NCBI GenBank assembly: GCA_043825215.1
Contig: JBDRSD010000065.1
Span: 1-56,488, forward strand
Length of the DNA: 56,488 nt
Source: Nanobdellota archaeon
GTDB lineage: Archaea > Nanobdellota > Nanobdellia > Woesearchaeales > JAHJEM01
Direction of reading: 5' to 3'
Positions 34,384-43,991 of the stretch are shown here, piece by piece. The notes under the pieces are model-generated. The model made no database searches, had not been told where the DNA came from, and worked only from the letters and a program-made list of their open reading frames with translations. Each line of letters begins with the position of its first letter. Within the stretch, counting starts at the first letter, position 1. The translations under genes and the position numbers were made by a program.

Positions 34384-34501
34384 ATTGGACAAGCCAGGCC
34401 TTGCCTGGCATCTATTTTCCGTCTTCGGCGGAAAAATTGTCATAAATAGACGTCCGTGCGAAGCACGGAAACCTTTGCCGCGCATGCGGCAACTGTCTAA
34501 T
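34384..34501. ncRNA. Candidate structured RNA: four GC-stem hairpins enclosed by an 8-bp helix
   Basis: Outer helix ATTGGACA (34384-91) / TGTCTAAT (34494-501, one G.U). Hairpins are GCCAGGC-CTT-GCCTGGC, TTTTCCG-TCTTCGG-CGGAAAA, CCGTGC-GAA-GCACGG and TTGCCGC-GCAT-GCGGCAA. It lies in a 455-nt intergenic gap. Confidence 0.4.
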
Positions 34502-34596
34502 GAAAAAGAAATAGAAATACTACCTCAATAGATTATAATCGCATAAGAATCTGGTAAACAAGAGCATTTTTAAGCCCTGCAACCTTTACTTCCAGA

Positions 34597-34956
34597 ATGA
34601 AATTCAAGAAGCTCACAAAAGATGAAGAGCAAATCATTGTTCATAAGGGCACAGAGCCTCCTGGAACTGGCGAGTATGACAAGTTCTTTGAGGAGGGAAC
34701 CTACACCTGTAGGAGATGTAACGCTTCTCTATATCACTCGAAGGACAAATTTGATGCGCATTGCGGCTGGCCTGCCTTTGATGACGAGATTGCAGGAAGT
34801 GTGAAGCGCCTCCCTGATGCAGATGGAAGACGAACCGAAATCCAGTGTAAAAAGTGCGGTGCACATCTCGGACATGTTTTCTTAGGCGAACGCTTGACAA
34901 AGAAGAATACGCGCCATTGCGTCAACTCGCGTTCTATGAAGTTCATCCCAAAATGA
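34597..34956 (+). CDS. msrB: Peptide-methionine (R)-S-oxide reductase MsrB
   Basis: Two CxxC pairs ('CRRCNASL', 'CKKCGAHLGHVF') and 'GWPAF', 'RHCVNS'. Confidence 0.9.
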   Translation: MKFKKLTKDEEQIIVHKGTEPPGTGEYDKFFEEGTYTCRRCNASLYHSKDKFDAHCGWPAFDDEIAGSVKRLPDADGRRTEIQCKKCGAHLGHVFLGERLTKKNTRHCVNSRSMKFIPK

Positions 34957-35911
34957 TCGATTCTGCATGAGAAAGGTCTGGCGGATAAGCGCTGACTTGT
35001 TTGACGATCTGTGCTGCAACGTATGATCCGAGGTGTCCGCATTTTTCAAGAGGATATCCCTTGACAAGTCCGTGGAGGAATCCTGCAGCATACATGTCTC
35101 CTGCGCCAGTTGTATCGACTGCGTCGACTTTGACCACAGGCACTCTGATTATTTCTGTCCCATCGCTGATGAGTGAGCCACTCTCTCCTGTCTTTACGAT
35201 GACAATCTGTCCTTCTTTTTTCAGCAGGTTCAATGCCTCTTCAGGGTTCCTGCCTGTGAGTGCCTGTGCCTCAGTCTCGTTCATGAATGTGATGTCTGCA
35301 AAGCTTGTGATGACAAGTCTTATCAGGTCTTTGTTTCGCTGGATGAGGCTTGCGTCTGCACAGTCGAATGCTACCTTTTTTCCAAGCTTTTTCGCATGTT
35401 CGATAAGCAGGATGGCTTCTTTCCTAAGATGCGGATCGTCTAGCACGTATCCTGTGAGGTAGACGATGTCTGCCATAGATATTGCCTTCTTGTGTTGTTC
35501 ATTTGCTTGAAAGAGAAGAGCTGCTCCAAGATGTGTTGCCATGGTCCGTTCAGTATCAGGTGAGACAAGGGAGATGACTCCTCCTGTCCTACCCTCACGT
35601 CCCAGAAGAGGAAAGACCCCTGTTGCGCGGATTGATTCTTCATAGGTTGTTCCGTCAGTGTCAGACCCGACGTTTCCGCAGAATATTGCCCGCGTGCCAA
35701 GTCGTGCGAGCCCCATCATCGTATTGGCACATGATCCTGCAGCTTGTCTGGTGATGATTGCCTGGGGGAAGAATCCTTGGATCTTGTTGAAGTCTGCTTC
35801 ATTGACAAGGTGCATGCTTCCTTTCTTGAATCCGAAGTTGACAAGGACGTCGTCCTGGATGTGCACGACTGAGTCAAGGAGTGGATTTCCAATTCCAAAA
35901 ATTGTGCTCAT
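34943..35911 (-). CDS. PfkB-family carbohydrate/nucleoside kinase (adenosine-kinase-like)
   Basis: 'GIGNPLLD', 'AGSCANT', 'DTTGAGDMYAAGFLHG'. ATG at 35911; the ORF-track GTG is at 35923. Confidence 0.8.
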   Translation of the reverse strand: MSTIFGIGNPLLDSVVHIQDDVLVNFGFKKGSMHLVNEADFNKIQGFFPQAIITRQAAGSCANTMMGLARLGTRAIFCGNVGSDTDGTTYEESIRATGVFPLLGREGRTGGVISLVSPDTERTMATHLGAALLFQANEQHKKAISMADIVYLTGYVLDDPHLRKEAILLIEHAKKLGKKVAFDCADASLIQRNKDLIRLVITSFADITFMNETEAQALTGRNPEEALNLLKKEGQIVIVKTGESGSLISDGTEIIRVPVVKVDAVDTTGAGDMYAAGFLHGLVKGYPLEKCGHLGSYVAAQIVKQVSAYPPDLSHAESIILG

Positions 35912-36006
35912 GAATTGTATCACTCGCGGGTATTATAAAAACTTGATGTTTTGTTGGAGAAAGAAAGTTTCTTCTGTCTATGCAAAGGCGGTATTTTAAG
36001 GGAGTT

Positions 36007-38763
36007 TTAACTGCTTGACGTCTTCTGGGGGTTCTGGGTTTTTAGGCCGAGAACTATTTTACTCACTTCCATGAGGACGAACCCCATACTTGAGATTCCT
36101 ATTATTTTAATCCAGTCCAAAAGGAGGAGGGGTACTGTGCCGAATATTGCCTGTGCTGGCTGCCAGTAGATGACGATGATTTGGATGATAACAGAGAGGA
36201 AGACGCCGCCAAGCAACCAGAGATTAGAGAATGGATTGAGGTGGGATGGTGAGAAGTACAATGTTCTGCTGCTCATGACGGCGAACATCTGGAACATGAC
36301 GAGAGTCGTGAACGCGACAGTTTGTGCTTTGATGAGGCTGTCTGCACTGTAGTGCATGAAAAGGAGCAGTGTCCCAGCGCCCATCAAGGCGCCGAAGATG
36401 AGTATGGTGATGAACATGGACTTTGAGATGGGGTTGTCCTTGGGATTTCTTGGAGAACGCTCCATAATCCCCTCTTCAGGAGATTCGAACCCTAAGCCGA
36501 GCGCTGGAAAGTTGTCAGTGAGCATGTTGATCATGAGTATTTGCAGGGGAAGAAGAGGGATTGGCAGGCGAAACATTATCGCTAGAAAGACTGAGATTAT
36601 CTCCCCAGCGTTGCAGGAGAGGAAGAATTTTGCCGATTTTATGATCTTGTCATATATATTTCTTCCTTCTTCTATCGCGTTCACGATTGTCGCGAAGTTG
36701 TCATCAATGAGTATTGCTTTGGCAACTTCTTTTGCCACATCTGTTCCTGTTATTCCCATGGCAATGCCTATATTTGCCTTTTTAAGTGCGGGAGCATCGT
36801 TGACGCCGTCACCTGTCATGGCGACTATGTGCCCTTTTTTCTGCAGGATGTCGACGATTCGGGATTTCTGTATGGGAAGCGCACGTGCTATTATCCTGAT
36901 ATGGTCCATCTTCTTTCCCAGTTCGTCATCACTCATCTTCTCGACGTCATCCCCGGTGAGCACGATGTCCCCTTCCTTGAACATGCCTATCTGCCGTGCG
37001 ACTGCGCGCGCTGTTACTGCATGGTCACCTGTGATCATCATGACTTTTATGCCTGCACGCGTGCATTGTTCTATCGCAGGCTTGATCTCGTCGCGCGGAG
37101 GATCAATCATTCCCACAAGACCTACAAATATCAGGTTCTTTTCGACGGTCTTATAGTCATAGTCATCGGTCTTGGTATCAGCAAGTTCGGTATATGCGAG
37201 GCCGAGAACTCGCAGTGCCTGCTCTGCAAAGCTATCATTCTTTTGGAGGATAAAGTCCCTGTCTTTTTTCGTGAGTTTTCTGATCTTTCCATTCTCAAGA
37301 ATCCTGTCGCAGACACTGAGCAGGATGTCTGGTGCTCCTTTGACATACGCCTCTTTACTCTTGGTTATTTTGTTGAAGAATATGACTGACATTCGTTTTC
37401 TGTCAGAGTCGAATGGGATTTCTTGTAAGAATGTATATTTTTCGTGGAGGTCTTCTTCTTCAAGCCTTCCTTTTTTCCCGAGGACAATGAGGGATCCTTC
37501 TGTTGGGTCTCCGATGATTTCAAGTTTTCCTTTATCTGCTGTAAGTTTGGCGCTGTTACACAGGTAGCCTATGCGCAAAAGCAGTTCGAACTGCTGAGGG
37601 TTTGCTTCTTTTTTTTCATCAGTTCCTGCATCTGTGAAGAATTTTCCCTCTGGTTCATACCCGGTGCCACTGACGAAGAAGGTCTGCCGGTCTGTATAAA
37701 TACGGGTGATGGTCATCTGGTTTTTTGTGATTGTTCCTGTCTTGTCACTGACGATTATCGTGCATGCGCCGAGACCTTCTGCAGCAGAGAGCTTCTTGAC
37801 AAGCATATTCTTTTTAACCAAGCGTTTCGTTCCCATGGAGAGCCCTGCTGTGACGACGAGAGGAAGCGCATTGGGAACGACAGCAACAGTCAGGGTTAGT
37901 GCGATGAGCAGCATCTTTCCGAAGGTAAGCGTTCCTTGCAGTGTCCCTGCCACGAGAACGATGATGATGAGTATCACTGCAGTTATGCCTATCTGTTTTG
38001 CCAATTTGTTGAATTTCAATTGGAGCGGTGTCTGCACGTCTTTTGTTGTCTGGAGAGAGTCTGCGATTCTGCCGAATTCTGTGTTCATGCCGGTTTGGGT
38101 GACTACGCTTTTCCCTTTACCGTAGGTTACGATCGTTCCCATGAATGCCATATTCTCCTGGTCTGTCACCGATGTCTCGAGAGAGAAGGGATCGATGACT
38201 TTTTTTGAGGGCACTGATTCTCCTGTCAATGATGCTTCATCTATTTGGAGGCTTGCAATCTCAAAGAGTCGAGAGTCTGCAGCGACTATGTCTCCTGCTT
38301 CAAGGACGAGGATGTCTCCTGGGACAAGTTCCCTTGCAGGGATTTTGTGTTCTTTCCCGTCTCGGATGACTGTCGCCATGGGCGCAGAGATTTTTTTAAG
38401 TGCTTCAATTGCCTTCTCTGCTTTGTATTCCTGGATGAACCCGAGGAGGGTATTGAGCAGTATTATTACCGCTATCGCTATCGCTTCAACTAGCTCTCCA
38501 AGTGCCAAGGAGAGTGCTCCTGCAAACACGAGGAGAAGAATGAGCCCGTCCTTGAACTGGTTCATATACAACGAGAACGCCGTCCTTTTTTTCTCTTTTT
38601 TCAGCTCATTAGGCCCGTACTCGATAAGTCTCTTCTTTGCTTCCTGTGATGTCAGGCCGTTTGAAGATGTATGGAGCTGTAAGATCGCTTCGTTCGCTGA
38701 GATGCTGTAGTAATCGACCATTGTGCTGGAAAAGGAGTGCTGCCCCTTTCGTGATAATCCCAT
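36007..38763 (-). CDS. P-type cation-transporting ATPase (type II, Ca2+/cation class)
   Basis: 'DKTGTITKN', 'TGDHAVTA', 'MTGDGVNDAPALKKA', 'TGES'. An alternative start is ATG 38721. Confidence 0.9.
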   Translation of the reverse strand: MGLSRKGQHSFSSTMVDYYSISANEAILQLHTSSNGLTSQEAKKRLIEYGPNELKKEKKRTAFSLYMNQFKDGLILLLVFAGALSLALGELVEAIAIAVIILLNTLLGFIQEYKAEKAIEALKKISAPMATVIRDGKEHKIPARELVPGDILVLEAGDIVAADSRLFEIASLQIDEASLTGESVPSKKVIDPFSLETSVTDQENMAFMGTIVTYGKGKSVVTQTGMNTEFGRIADSLQTTKDVQTPLQLKFNKLAKQIGITAVILIIIVLVAGTLQGTLTFGKMLLIALTLTVAVVPNALPLVVTAGLSMGTKRLVKKNMLVKKLSAAEGLGACTIIVSDKTGTITKNQMTITRIYTDRQTFFVSGTGYEPEGKFFTDAGTDEKKEANPQQFELLLRIGYLCNSAKLTADKGKLEIIGDPTEGSLIVLGKKGRLEEEDLHEKYTFLQEIPFDSDRKRMSVIFFNKITKSKEAYVKGAPDILLSVCDRILENGKIRKLTKKDRDFILQKNDSFAEQALRVLGLAYTELADTKTDDYDYKTVEKNLIFVGLVGMIDPPRDEIKPAIEQCTRAGIKVMMITGDHAVTARAVARQIGMFKEGDIVLTGDDVEKMSDDELGKKMDHIRIIARALPIQKSRIVDILQKKGHIVAMTGDGVNDAPALKKANIGIAMGITGTDVAKEVAKAILIDDNFATIVNAIEEGRNIYDKIIKSAKFFLSCNAGEIISVFLAIMFRLPIPLLPLQILMINMLTDNFPALGLGFESPEEGIMERSPRNPKDNPISKSMFITILIFGALMGAGTLLLFMHYSADSLIKAQTVAFTTLVMFQMFAVMSSRTLYFSPSHLNPFSNLWLLGGVFLSVIIQIIVIYWQPAQAIFGTVPLLLLDWIKIIGISSMGFVLMEVSKIVLGLKTQNPQKTSSS

Positions 38764-38831
38764 ATGATTTGCTTTATAAATATTTCTTTTCGAAGGTTAT
38801 GGACTAATTGGAGGTAATAAATTTTGATAGC

Positions 38832-40520
38832 CTATATTATCTTCTTGACCATGTACGGCCCTTCTTTCCTATACCCGAGCTTGCGATAATAATCACGCAC
38901 ACCAATTCCACTGATGACAACGAGTTTGTCCTTGTAGTAGGTCTTTGCGATTTCTTCTGCTGCCTTGAGGAGGCACTTTCCGTATCCTTTATGTTGTGAC
39001 TGTCCTTTCTTTGGTTTCTGCCCGATGCCTACCTGGGAAGAATACACATGCAATTCTCTGATGAGTGCAGTTTCTGGCGTGATCTCCTTTCGCAAGCATT
39101 GGGAGGGAAAGCGAAGACGAAGAAATCCGAGGAGCGCATTCTTGGTCTCGATGGTGATGAAGAACTCGTTTCCCTGTGAGGCGATGTAGTGGTGTATCTT
39201 GAGTTTTGGCTTTCCGATGAGTTTTCCTTTGGGTTCTCTGCAGCGGATGCAATGGCACGTGTATCCTTTTTTGTGCATGATAGCTGTGATGTATTGGCGA
39301 AGGTTGTTCTTGTCAACTCCTGCCGCAGAGAATTTTGTCGGGATGTCTCGTTGGACCCGCATGATGCGTACATAGGGCGGGATGTCTTTTTTCATTTCAG
39401 ATATGATCTCTGCGGCGCCTGCTGTCGTGAGTGGGATAAATTTTCCTTTTTTCCAGTCATCGTAGAGCGGTGTTCCTGGCATGACCATAAGCGGGTACAC
39501 TTTGAGCATGTCTGGCCTGTAGTCCTCGTCTTCGAAAAGGAGCTGCAATCCTTTGACGTCCCGCTTCCTGGCAATCCCTGGTATTCCAGGCATGACGTGT
39601 AAGTTGAGCTTGAATCCGAGGTCCTTTAGTTCGCGTATGGATGCGATGGATTCTGCTGTCGTATGCCCTCTGTTGAGCCGGGCAAGGGCGTGGCCGTAGA
39701 CAGACTGCACGCCAAGCTCTATTCTCGTAATTCCGAAGTCAAGCATGCGGTTCCCCTGTTTTTTCCTGCCCCAGTCTGGCCTTGTCTCAATCGTCATTCC
39801 TACGCAGCGCACGTCTGCTTTCTCGTTCTTTTTTTGTTCGCGAAGGAGGTTTCCTTTTCCTTTCCTCTTCAGGAGTTCTGCATGGATCTTCTCGATCCGT
39901 TCAGGGGATGCGACAGGCCCTGGCATCATGAAGAAGCGCTTGAATGCGAGGATGTCAAGGTGCCCTTTCGTATAGAAGAGCTTTGAGAAGTCATTCATTG
40001 CCTTGTAGCAGTAGGTGACAAATTCTTTTTGGTAGGTGGAGGGCATTGCAGGAAATGTTCCTCCCATGATGATGAGCTCCACCTTTTCTGCATCCTGTCC
40101 AAGGACGACGTATTGCTCGAGGCGATTCATCACCTGTAGGTACGCGTCATAGTTATTCCGAATGCCGCGCATGGTCGCGGGCTCGTTTCCTGTGTAAGAC
40201 TGAGGAACGTCACCAAAGTGGCTATTTGGCCCACCTGGGCACATCGTGCATTTCCCATGCGGGCATCCAAAGGGCTTTGTCATGACGGCAATGACGGCAA
40301 CTCCGCTTCCGCTTCGCACAGGCTTTGTCTGCAAGAGATATTTGATCTTCTTGATGTCTTTCTCGTCAGCGTTGAGCAGGATCTCGATGTCTGTCGGCAT
40401 CTCTTTCCTGCCGTGTTTCTTGCAGAGCTGCATCTTATAATTCGAGAGCTTCTGTTTCGTAAGCTTTCTTTTCTTGATCGCTGTGATGAGTTCGTGATAA
40501 AAGGGTTCTTGCATTATCAA
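38832..40520 (-). CDS. elp3: Elp3-family radical SAM/GNAT tRNA-modification enzyme
   Basis: rSAM cluster 'CPHGKCTMCPGG' and a C-terminal GNAT 'QHKGYGKCLLKAAEEIA'. 562 aa. Confidence 0.9.
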   Translation of the reverse strand: MIMQEPFYHELITAIKKRKLTKQKLSNYKMQLCKKHGRKEMPTDIEILLNADEKDIKKIKYLLQTKPVRSGSGVAVIAVMTKPFGCPHGKCTMCPGGPNSHFGDVPQSYTGNEPATMRGIRNNYDAYLQVMNRLEQYVVLGQDAEKVELIIMGGTFPAMPSTYQKEFVTYCYKAMNDFSKLFYTKGHLDILAFKRFFMMPGPVASPERIEKIHAELLKRKGKGNLLREQKKNEKADVRCVGMTIETRPDWGRKKQGNRMLDFGITRIELGVQSVYGHALARLNRGHTTAESIASIRELKDLGFKLNLHVMPGIPGIARKRDVKGLQLLFEDEDYRPDMLKVYPLMVMPGTPLYDDWKKGKFIPLTTAGAAEIISEMKKDIPPYVRIMRVQRDIPTKFSAAGVDKNNLRQYITAIMHKKGYTCHCIRCREPKGKLIGKPKLKIHHYIASQGNEFFITIETKNALLGFLRLRFPSQCLRKEITPETALIRELHVYSSQVGIGQKPKKGQSQHKGYGKCLLKAAEEIAKTYYKDKLVVISGIGVRDYYRKLGYRKEGPYMVKKII

Positions 40521-40597
40521 AGGTCAGGGGAGACTATTTAAAAAGGTGCCGGACAAAAAAAGGTATGCTTAAAAAGAATTGAGCATTTGCGTATCTC

Positions 40598-41011
40598 ATG
40601 GCTGAAAGAATTGCGGTCTATTCAACAATGAACACGTTGAATCAGCTCTATTTTGAGTTGTCCATGGACAATGTACCGGCAAGGGATGTTGACGGATGCC
40701 TCTGCGAGAATCCTTTGGTCGAGGCAGAGATTGTGGTCGTGCATCCGCATGGTGAGAATGAACCAGGAGGCGGCACCTGTTGGAAGACCATTGATGCAGT
40801 CATCGATCAGAATCCGCAGGTCGATTTCTTCATGCTCGTGACTGGAGGGAACAGGGGATATGATGCAAATGGTATTTTTCGAAATATAAGAATGGAATAT
40901 TTTGGTAAAAAGCCAAACCTTGTGTACATCAATTTTGATACGGTCGGTGAATTTGTGAAGAATCCAAGCCAATATATCCAAGCGAATCGGCCAAGAAGGG
41001 AGGAGACATGA
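40598..41011 (+). CDS. Hypothetical 137-aa protein
   Basis: ORF with an ATGA overlap to the downstream ITPase gene. No motif recognised. Confidence 0.45.
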   Translation: MAERIAVYSTMNTLNQLYFELSMDNVPARDVDGCLCENPLVEAEIVVVHPHGENEPGGGTCWKTIDAVIDQNPQVDFFMLVTGGNRGYDANGIFRNIRMEYFGKKPNLVYINFDTVGEFVKNPSQYIQANRPRREET

Positions 41012-41580
41012 ACCAGGTTCATTTCGCAACGACAAATGCTGGAAAGGTAGCGACTATTCGTGAAGACCTCAGTCCATTCGGTATCGAAGTCATTCACAAG
41101 CACATGGATATCTCTGAGCCGAGGTCGGATGATATCAGGGAGATTGCAAGGATAAAGGCACTCACTGCGTTTGAAAAGATACGAAAGCCTGTCATTGTGA
41201 ACGATTCTTCTTTCCATCTTGCAGCATGGAATGGCTTTCCGCGTGCGAATGTGAACTTTGCCCTGCAGACAATCGGCAACAAGGGAATTCTCAAGCTCGT
41301 GCATGGCGAAGAGAGGCATTGTCATTTCCGGTCGTGCCTTGCCTTTTATGACGGGAAAGAGGTTCAGTTCTTCGAATCTGAAACACCAGGAACCATTTGC
41401 GAAGGGGAACGAGGGCAAGCAAGGAAATACAACTGGTCATCACTCTATCTCATTTTCATCCCGGAGGGTGAGAAGAAGACGCTTGCAGAGATGACTGAGG
41501 AGGAGTTTCTTGCATGGCGGAAAAAACGCTTTCCATTCTCGAATGTGAGCAAGTTTGCAGAATGGTTCTTGAAGGGATGA
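41008..41580 (+). CDS. Non-canonical purine NTP pyrophosphatase (Ham1/RdgB/ITPase family)
   Basis: 'VHFATTNAGKVATIRE', 'EPRSDDIREIA', and a family-typical length of 190 aa. Confidence 0.7.
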   Translation: MNQVHFATTNAGKVATIREDLSPFGIEVIHKHMDISEPRSDDIREIARIKALTAFEKIRKPVIVNDSSFHLAAWNGFPRANVNFALQTIGNKGILKLVHGEERHCHFRSCLAFYDGKEVQFFESETPGTICEGERGQARKYNWSSLYLIFIPEGEKKTLAEMTEEEFLAWRKKRFPFSNVSKFAEWFLKG

Positions 41581-41584
41581 CCGT

Positions 41585-42259
41585 TTATTCTGAAAGGCTA
41601 TCAAGGAATGTCTGATAGACTTGTATTCTTTCGATGATTACCCCCAAGACGGATTTGATTTTGCCATCTGTCAAATCCAATTGCCTCATATAACTGAGTT
41701 CCACCTGCCATTTCTGCAATAATTCGATTCGTTGCTTAGCGAGACTGGCGAGAAAGTTGATGAGCGCTTGCCTGAATTGTGGAGTTTCCCTAGCAACGTC
41801 ACTATCTGCATATCTTCTGGCTTCGATAAGATAAATTATTCCATTATCATTCAACCATAAGTCATGTATCTTTTTTTCCTTATATTCTTTGAGTTGCGTA
41901 CCGAAATTATTATAAACAAGATAATTGGTATTATACGTGCTCATGATGCGCAGTATGTCACGCAGTATCTTCAGCTGTCCTTCGAGAAGCTCGTATTTCG
42001 TGTCTGTTTTCGATAGCGTATCTGCAAGTGTCCAGGCAAAATAGATGGCCTTGCTTGCTTCTTCAGTTTTTCCCTGTTCAAGGAGGTTTGTGATGTGCTC
42101 GACTTCAGCACTGAGTTTCTTATGCTCCTGCACGATTGCTGTCCTCGCTGTCACTGGGAGTCTGTCGCTATTTATCTTCGAATTTTTTCCAATACCCCAT
42201 GCTGCTGCAAGTGCCGCGACTGCAACTGCGAGTGTTGCCAGAACCCTTTTTGTACCCAT
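41585..42259 (-). CDS. Hypothetical membrane-anchored/secreted 224-aa protein
   Basis: N-terminal hydrophobic 'VLATLAVAVAALAAAWG'. The rest is helical with no motif. Confidence 0.5.
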   Translation of the reverse strand: MGTKRVLATLAVAVAALAAAWGIGKNSKINSDRLPVTARTAIVQEHKKLSAEVEHITNLLEQGKTEEASKAIYFAWTLADTLSKTDTKYELLEGQLKILRDILRIMSTYNTNYLVYNNFGTQLKEYKEKKIHDLWLNDNGIIYLIEARRYADSDVARETPQFRQALINFLASLAKQRIELLQKWQVELSYMRQLDLTDGKIKSVLGVIIERIQVYQTFLDSLSE

Positions 42260-42298
42260 TACTTGAATTTTTGATTCAAGGTTTAAATATATTTCGAT

Positions 42299-43255
42299 TT
42301 ATTTCTTCTTTATCTTCGCCACAAAGAATCCTTCTGTATCGTTGTCCTGCGGATAAATACGTAGGCACTTTTCGACGCTAGAATGATAGTCTTCCCCGTC
42401 CCATGAAGTGATTGCTTTACTTCTCTTGATCTTGAGCTTGATCTCCTCAACCTTCGCATCAGGATATTTCTCAAGCAGCCACGACACGACGCCTTCGTTT
42501 TCTTCTGGTTCTTGGGTGCAGGTGGAATAGACGAGCGTTCCGCTTTTCTTCAGGACTGAAAATCCTGTCTCAATCAGGTGTTTTTGTTCTTTTGCGAATT
42601 TTCTGACCAGATGCGGTGACCACATGTTCAGAGATGACAAGCTTCGCCTGATAGTGCCAGTTCCCGAACAGGGGGCGTCGACGAGCACCCGGTCAAAGGT
42701 GTTTCCTGAGTGCGCAAGCTGCATTCCCCTGTTGATGGTGATGATCGTGTTTGCGACGCCGCACCTTTGCAGGTTCAAGCCTAGTGCTTTTATTCTGTCT
42801 GCATTGATGTCATTTGCAACAATCACTCCTTGGTTTTTCATCAGCGCTACAAGCTGCGTTGTCTTGCTTCCTGGCGCAGCGCACATATCGAGAACTTTAT
42901 CTCCTGGTTTTGGAGAGAGAACGATGGGAGGTATCATGGATGCGGGATCCTGCACGTAAATATAGCCAAGAGCGTGCTCAGGCAAGTTCCCGATATCGTA
43001 GCGTTCATCACTTCCCTTGAACCGAATGTAGAATCCTTCTTTTGCCCAGGGGACTTGTTCGAGATCCCATCGTGTTTTCAGTCGAGAGACGAGCCTCTTC
43101 ACGTCTATCTTGAGCGTGTTGACTCGTATTGCCTTTCGGATGTAAGACGTGCTATAGTCGATGTATTCTTCATATCTGTCACCGAGTATTTTCCGATATC
43201 TTTCTTCAAAGACAGGCTTGATATGCAGGTCGGAAATGGGGATCTTCTCAGGCAT
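42299..43255 (-). CDS. NOL1/NOP2/Sun-family RNA (cytosine-C5) methyltransferase
   Basis: 'VLDMCAAPGSKTT', 'DRVLVDAPCSGTG', 'LVYSTCT'. Confidence 0.85.
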   Translation of the reverse strand: MPEKIPISDLHIKPVFEERYRKILGDRYEEYIDYSTSYIRKAIRVNTLKIDVKRLVSRLKTRWDLEQVPWAKEGFYIRFKGSDERYDIGNLPEHALGYIYVQDPASMIPPIVLSPKPGDKVLDMCAAPGSKTTQLVALMKNQGVIVANDINADRIKALGLNLQRCGVANTIITINRGMQLAHSGNTFDRVLVDAPCSGTGTIRRSLSSLNMWSPHLVRKFAKEQKHLIETGFSVLKKSGTLVYSTCTQEPEENEGVVSWLLEKYPDAKVEEIKLKIKRSKAITSWDGEDYHSSVEKCLRIYPQDNDTEGFFVAKIKKK

Positions 43256-43304
43256 GATACGACTTAAATCGCAGTATTCCTTAAATGTTACGATTTCCGT
43301 TATC

Positions 43305-43312
43305 TTTATAAA
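43305..43312 (+). promoter_or_regulatory. TATA box (TTTATAAA) for rpl21e-rpoF, likely leaderless
   Basis: It starts 31 nt upstream of ATG 43336. No SD lies in between. Confidence 0.5.
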
Positions 43313-43335
43313 TACTCCACCTTTCCAGAGAATTC

Positions 43336-43629
43336 ATGGCAAGAAAAGGCGGAAGCAAGCGAAAGACCCGTCATATTTTCAAGAAGCACATGCGGGAGAA
43401 GGGAAAGATATCTATCAGGCGATTCCTCCACGAGTTCAAGGCAGGAGATAAGGTTGTCCTGAAGGGAGAGCCTGCATACCAGAAGGGGCTCTATTTCAGG
43501 CGGTTCCACGGCAAGCAAGGGATTATCGTTTCTCGCAGAGGATTCTGCTATCTCGTGGCAATCAAGGATGCGAACAAGGAAAAGGCAGTGTATGTGCACC
43601 CTGTGCACCTGCGGGAGGTGACGACATGA
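43336..43629 (+). CDS. rpl21e: Ribosomal protein L21e
   Basis: 'RKTRHIFKKHMREKGKISIRRFLHEFKAGDKVVLKGEPAYQKGLYFRRFHGKQGII'. Confidence 0.9.
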   Translation: MARKGGSKRKTRHIFKKHMREKGKISIRRFLHEFKAGDKVVLKGEPAYQKGLYFRRFHGKQGIIVSRRGFCYLVAIKDANKEKAVYVHPVHLREVTT

Positions 43630-43979
43630 CCGGCCCGGAAGTCATCGAACGGGTTCCTATGAATCTCGTGCAGGTGAAAGAAGAGCTGACAAAGATCAGG
43701 AAGCGTGACGGTGACTTGGATATCAGGGGGACGAAGACAGAGGAGTATTCCCAGAATTTTGCCGCTCTTTCCAAGAAGGATGCTGAGGACTTGTATGCGA
43801 AGCTCGAAAAGCTGAACGTGCCGCGCATGAAGGACATCCACATCCATAAGCTCATTGACATGCTTCCAGGAACAGTTCCTGAACTCAAGGTAGTCATGCA
43901 GGGGTATTCCATAACAATCACTGCTGAAAACATGAAGAAGATCGTGGATACGATCGAGTCTTTTAAGAACAAGAAATGA
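43626..43979 (+). CDS. rpoF: RNA polymerase subunit Rpo4/RpoF
   Basis: ATGA-coupled to rpl21e in the conserved archaeal position. Helical 117-aa protein, 'VQVKEELTKIRKRDG...TKTEEYSQNF'. Confidence 0.65.
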   Translation: MTGPEVIERVPMNLVQVKEELTKIRKRDGDLDIRGTKTEEYSQNFAALSKKDAEDLYAKLEKLNVPRMKDIHIHKLIDMLPGTVPELKVVMQGYSITITAENMKKIVDTIESFKNKK

Positions 43980-43991
43980 TTCCCAGTTTCT

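Noticed and set aside
36356-38710. Several 130-270-aa plus-strand ORFs
   Set aside because: All are antisense to the P-type ATPase (DKTGT, GDGVNDAPAL), and none has recognisable motifs.
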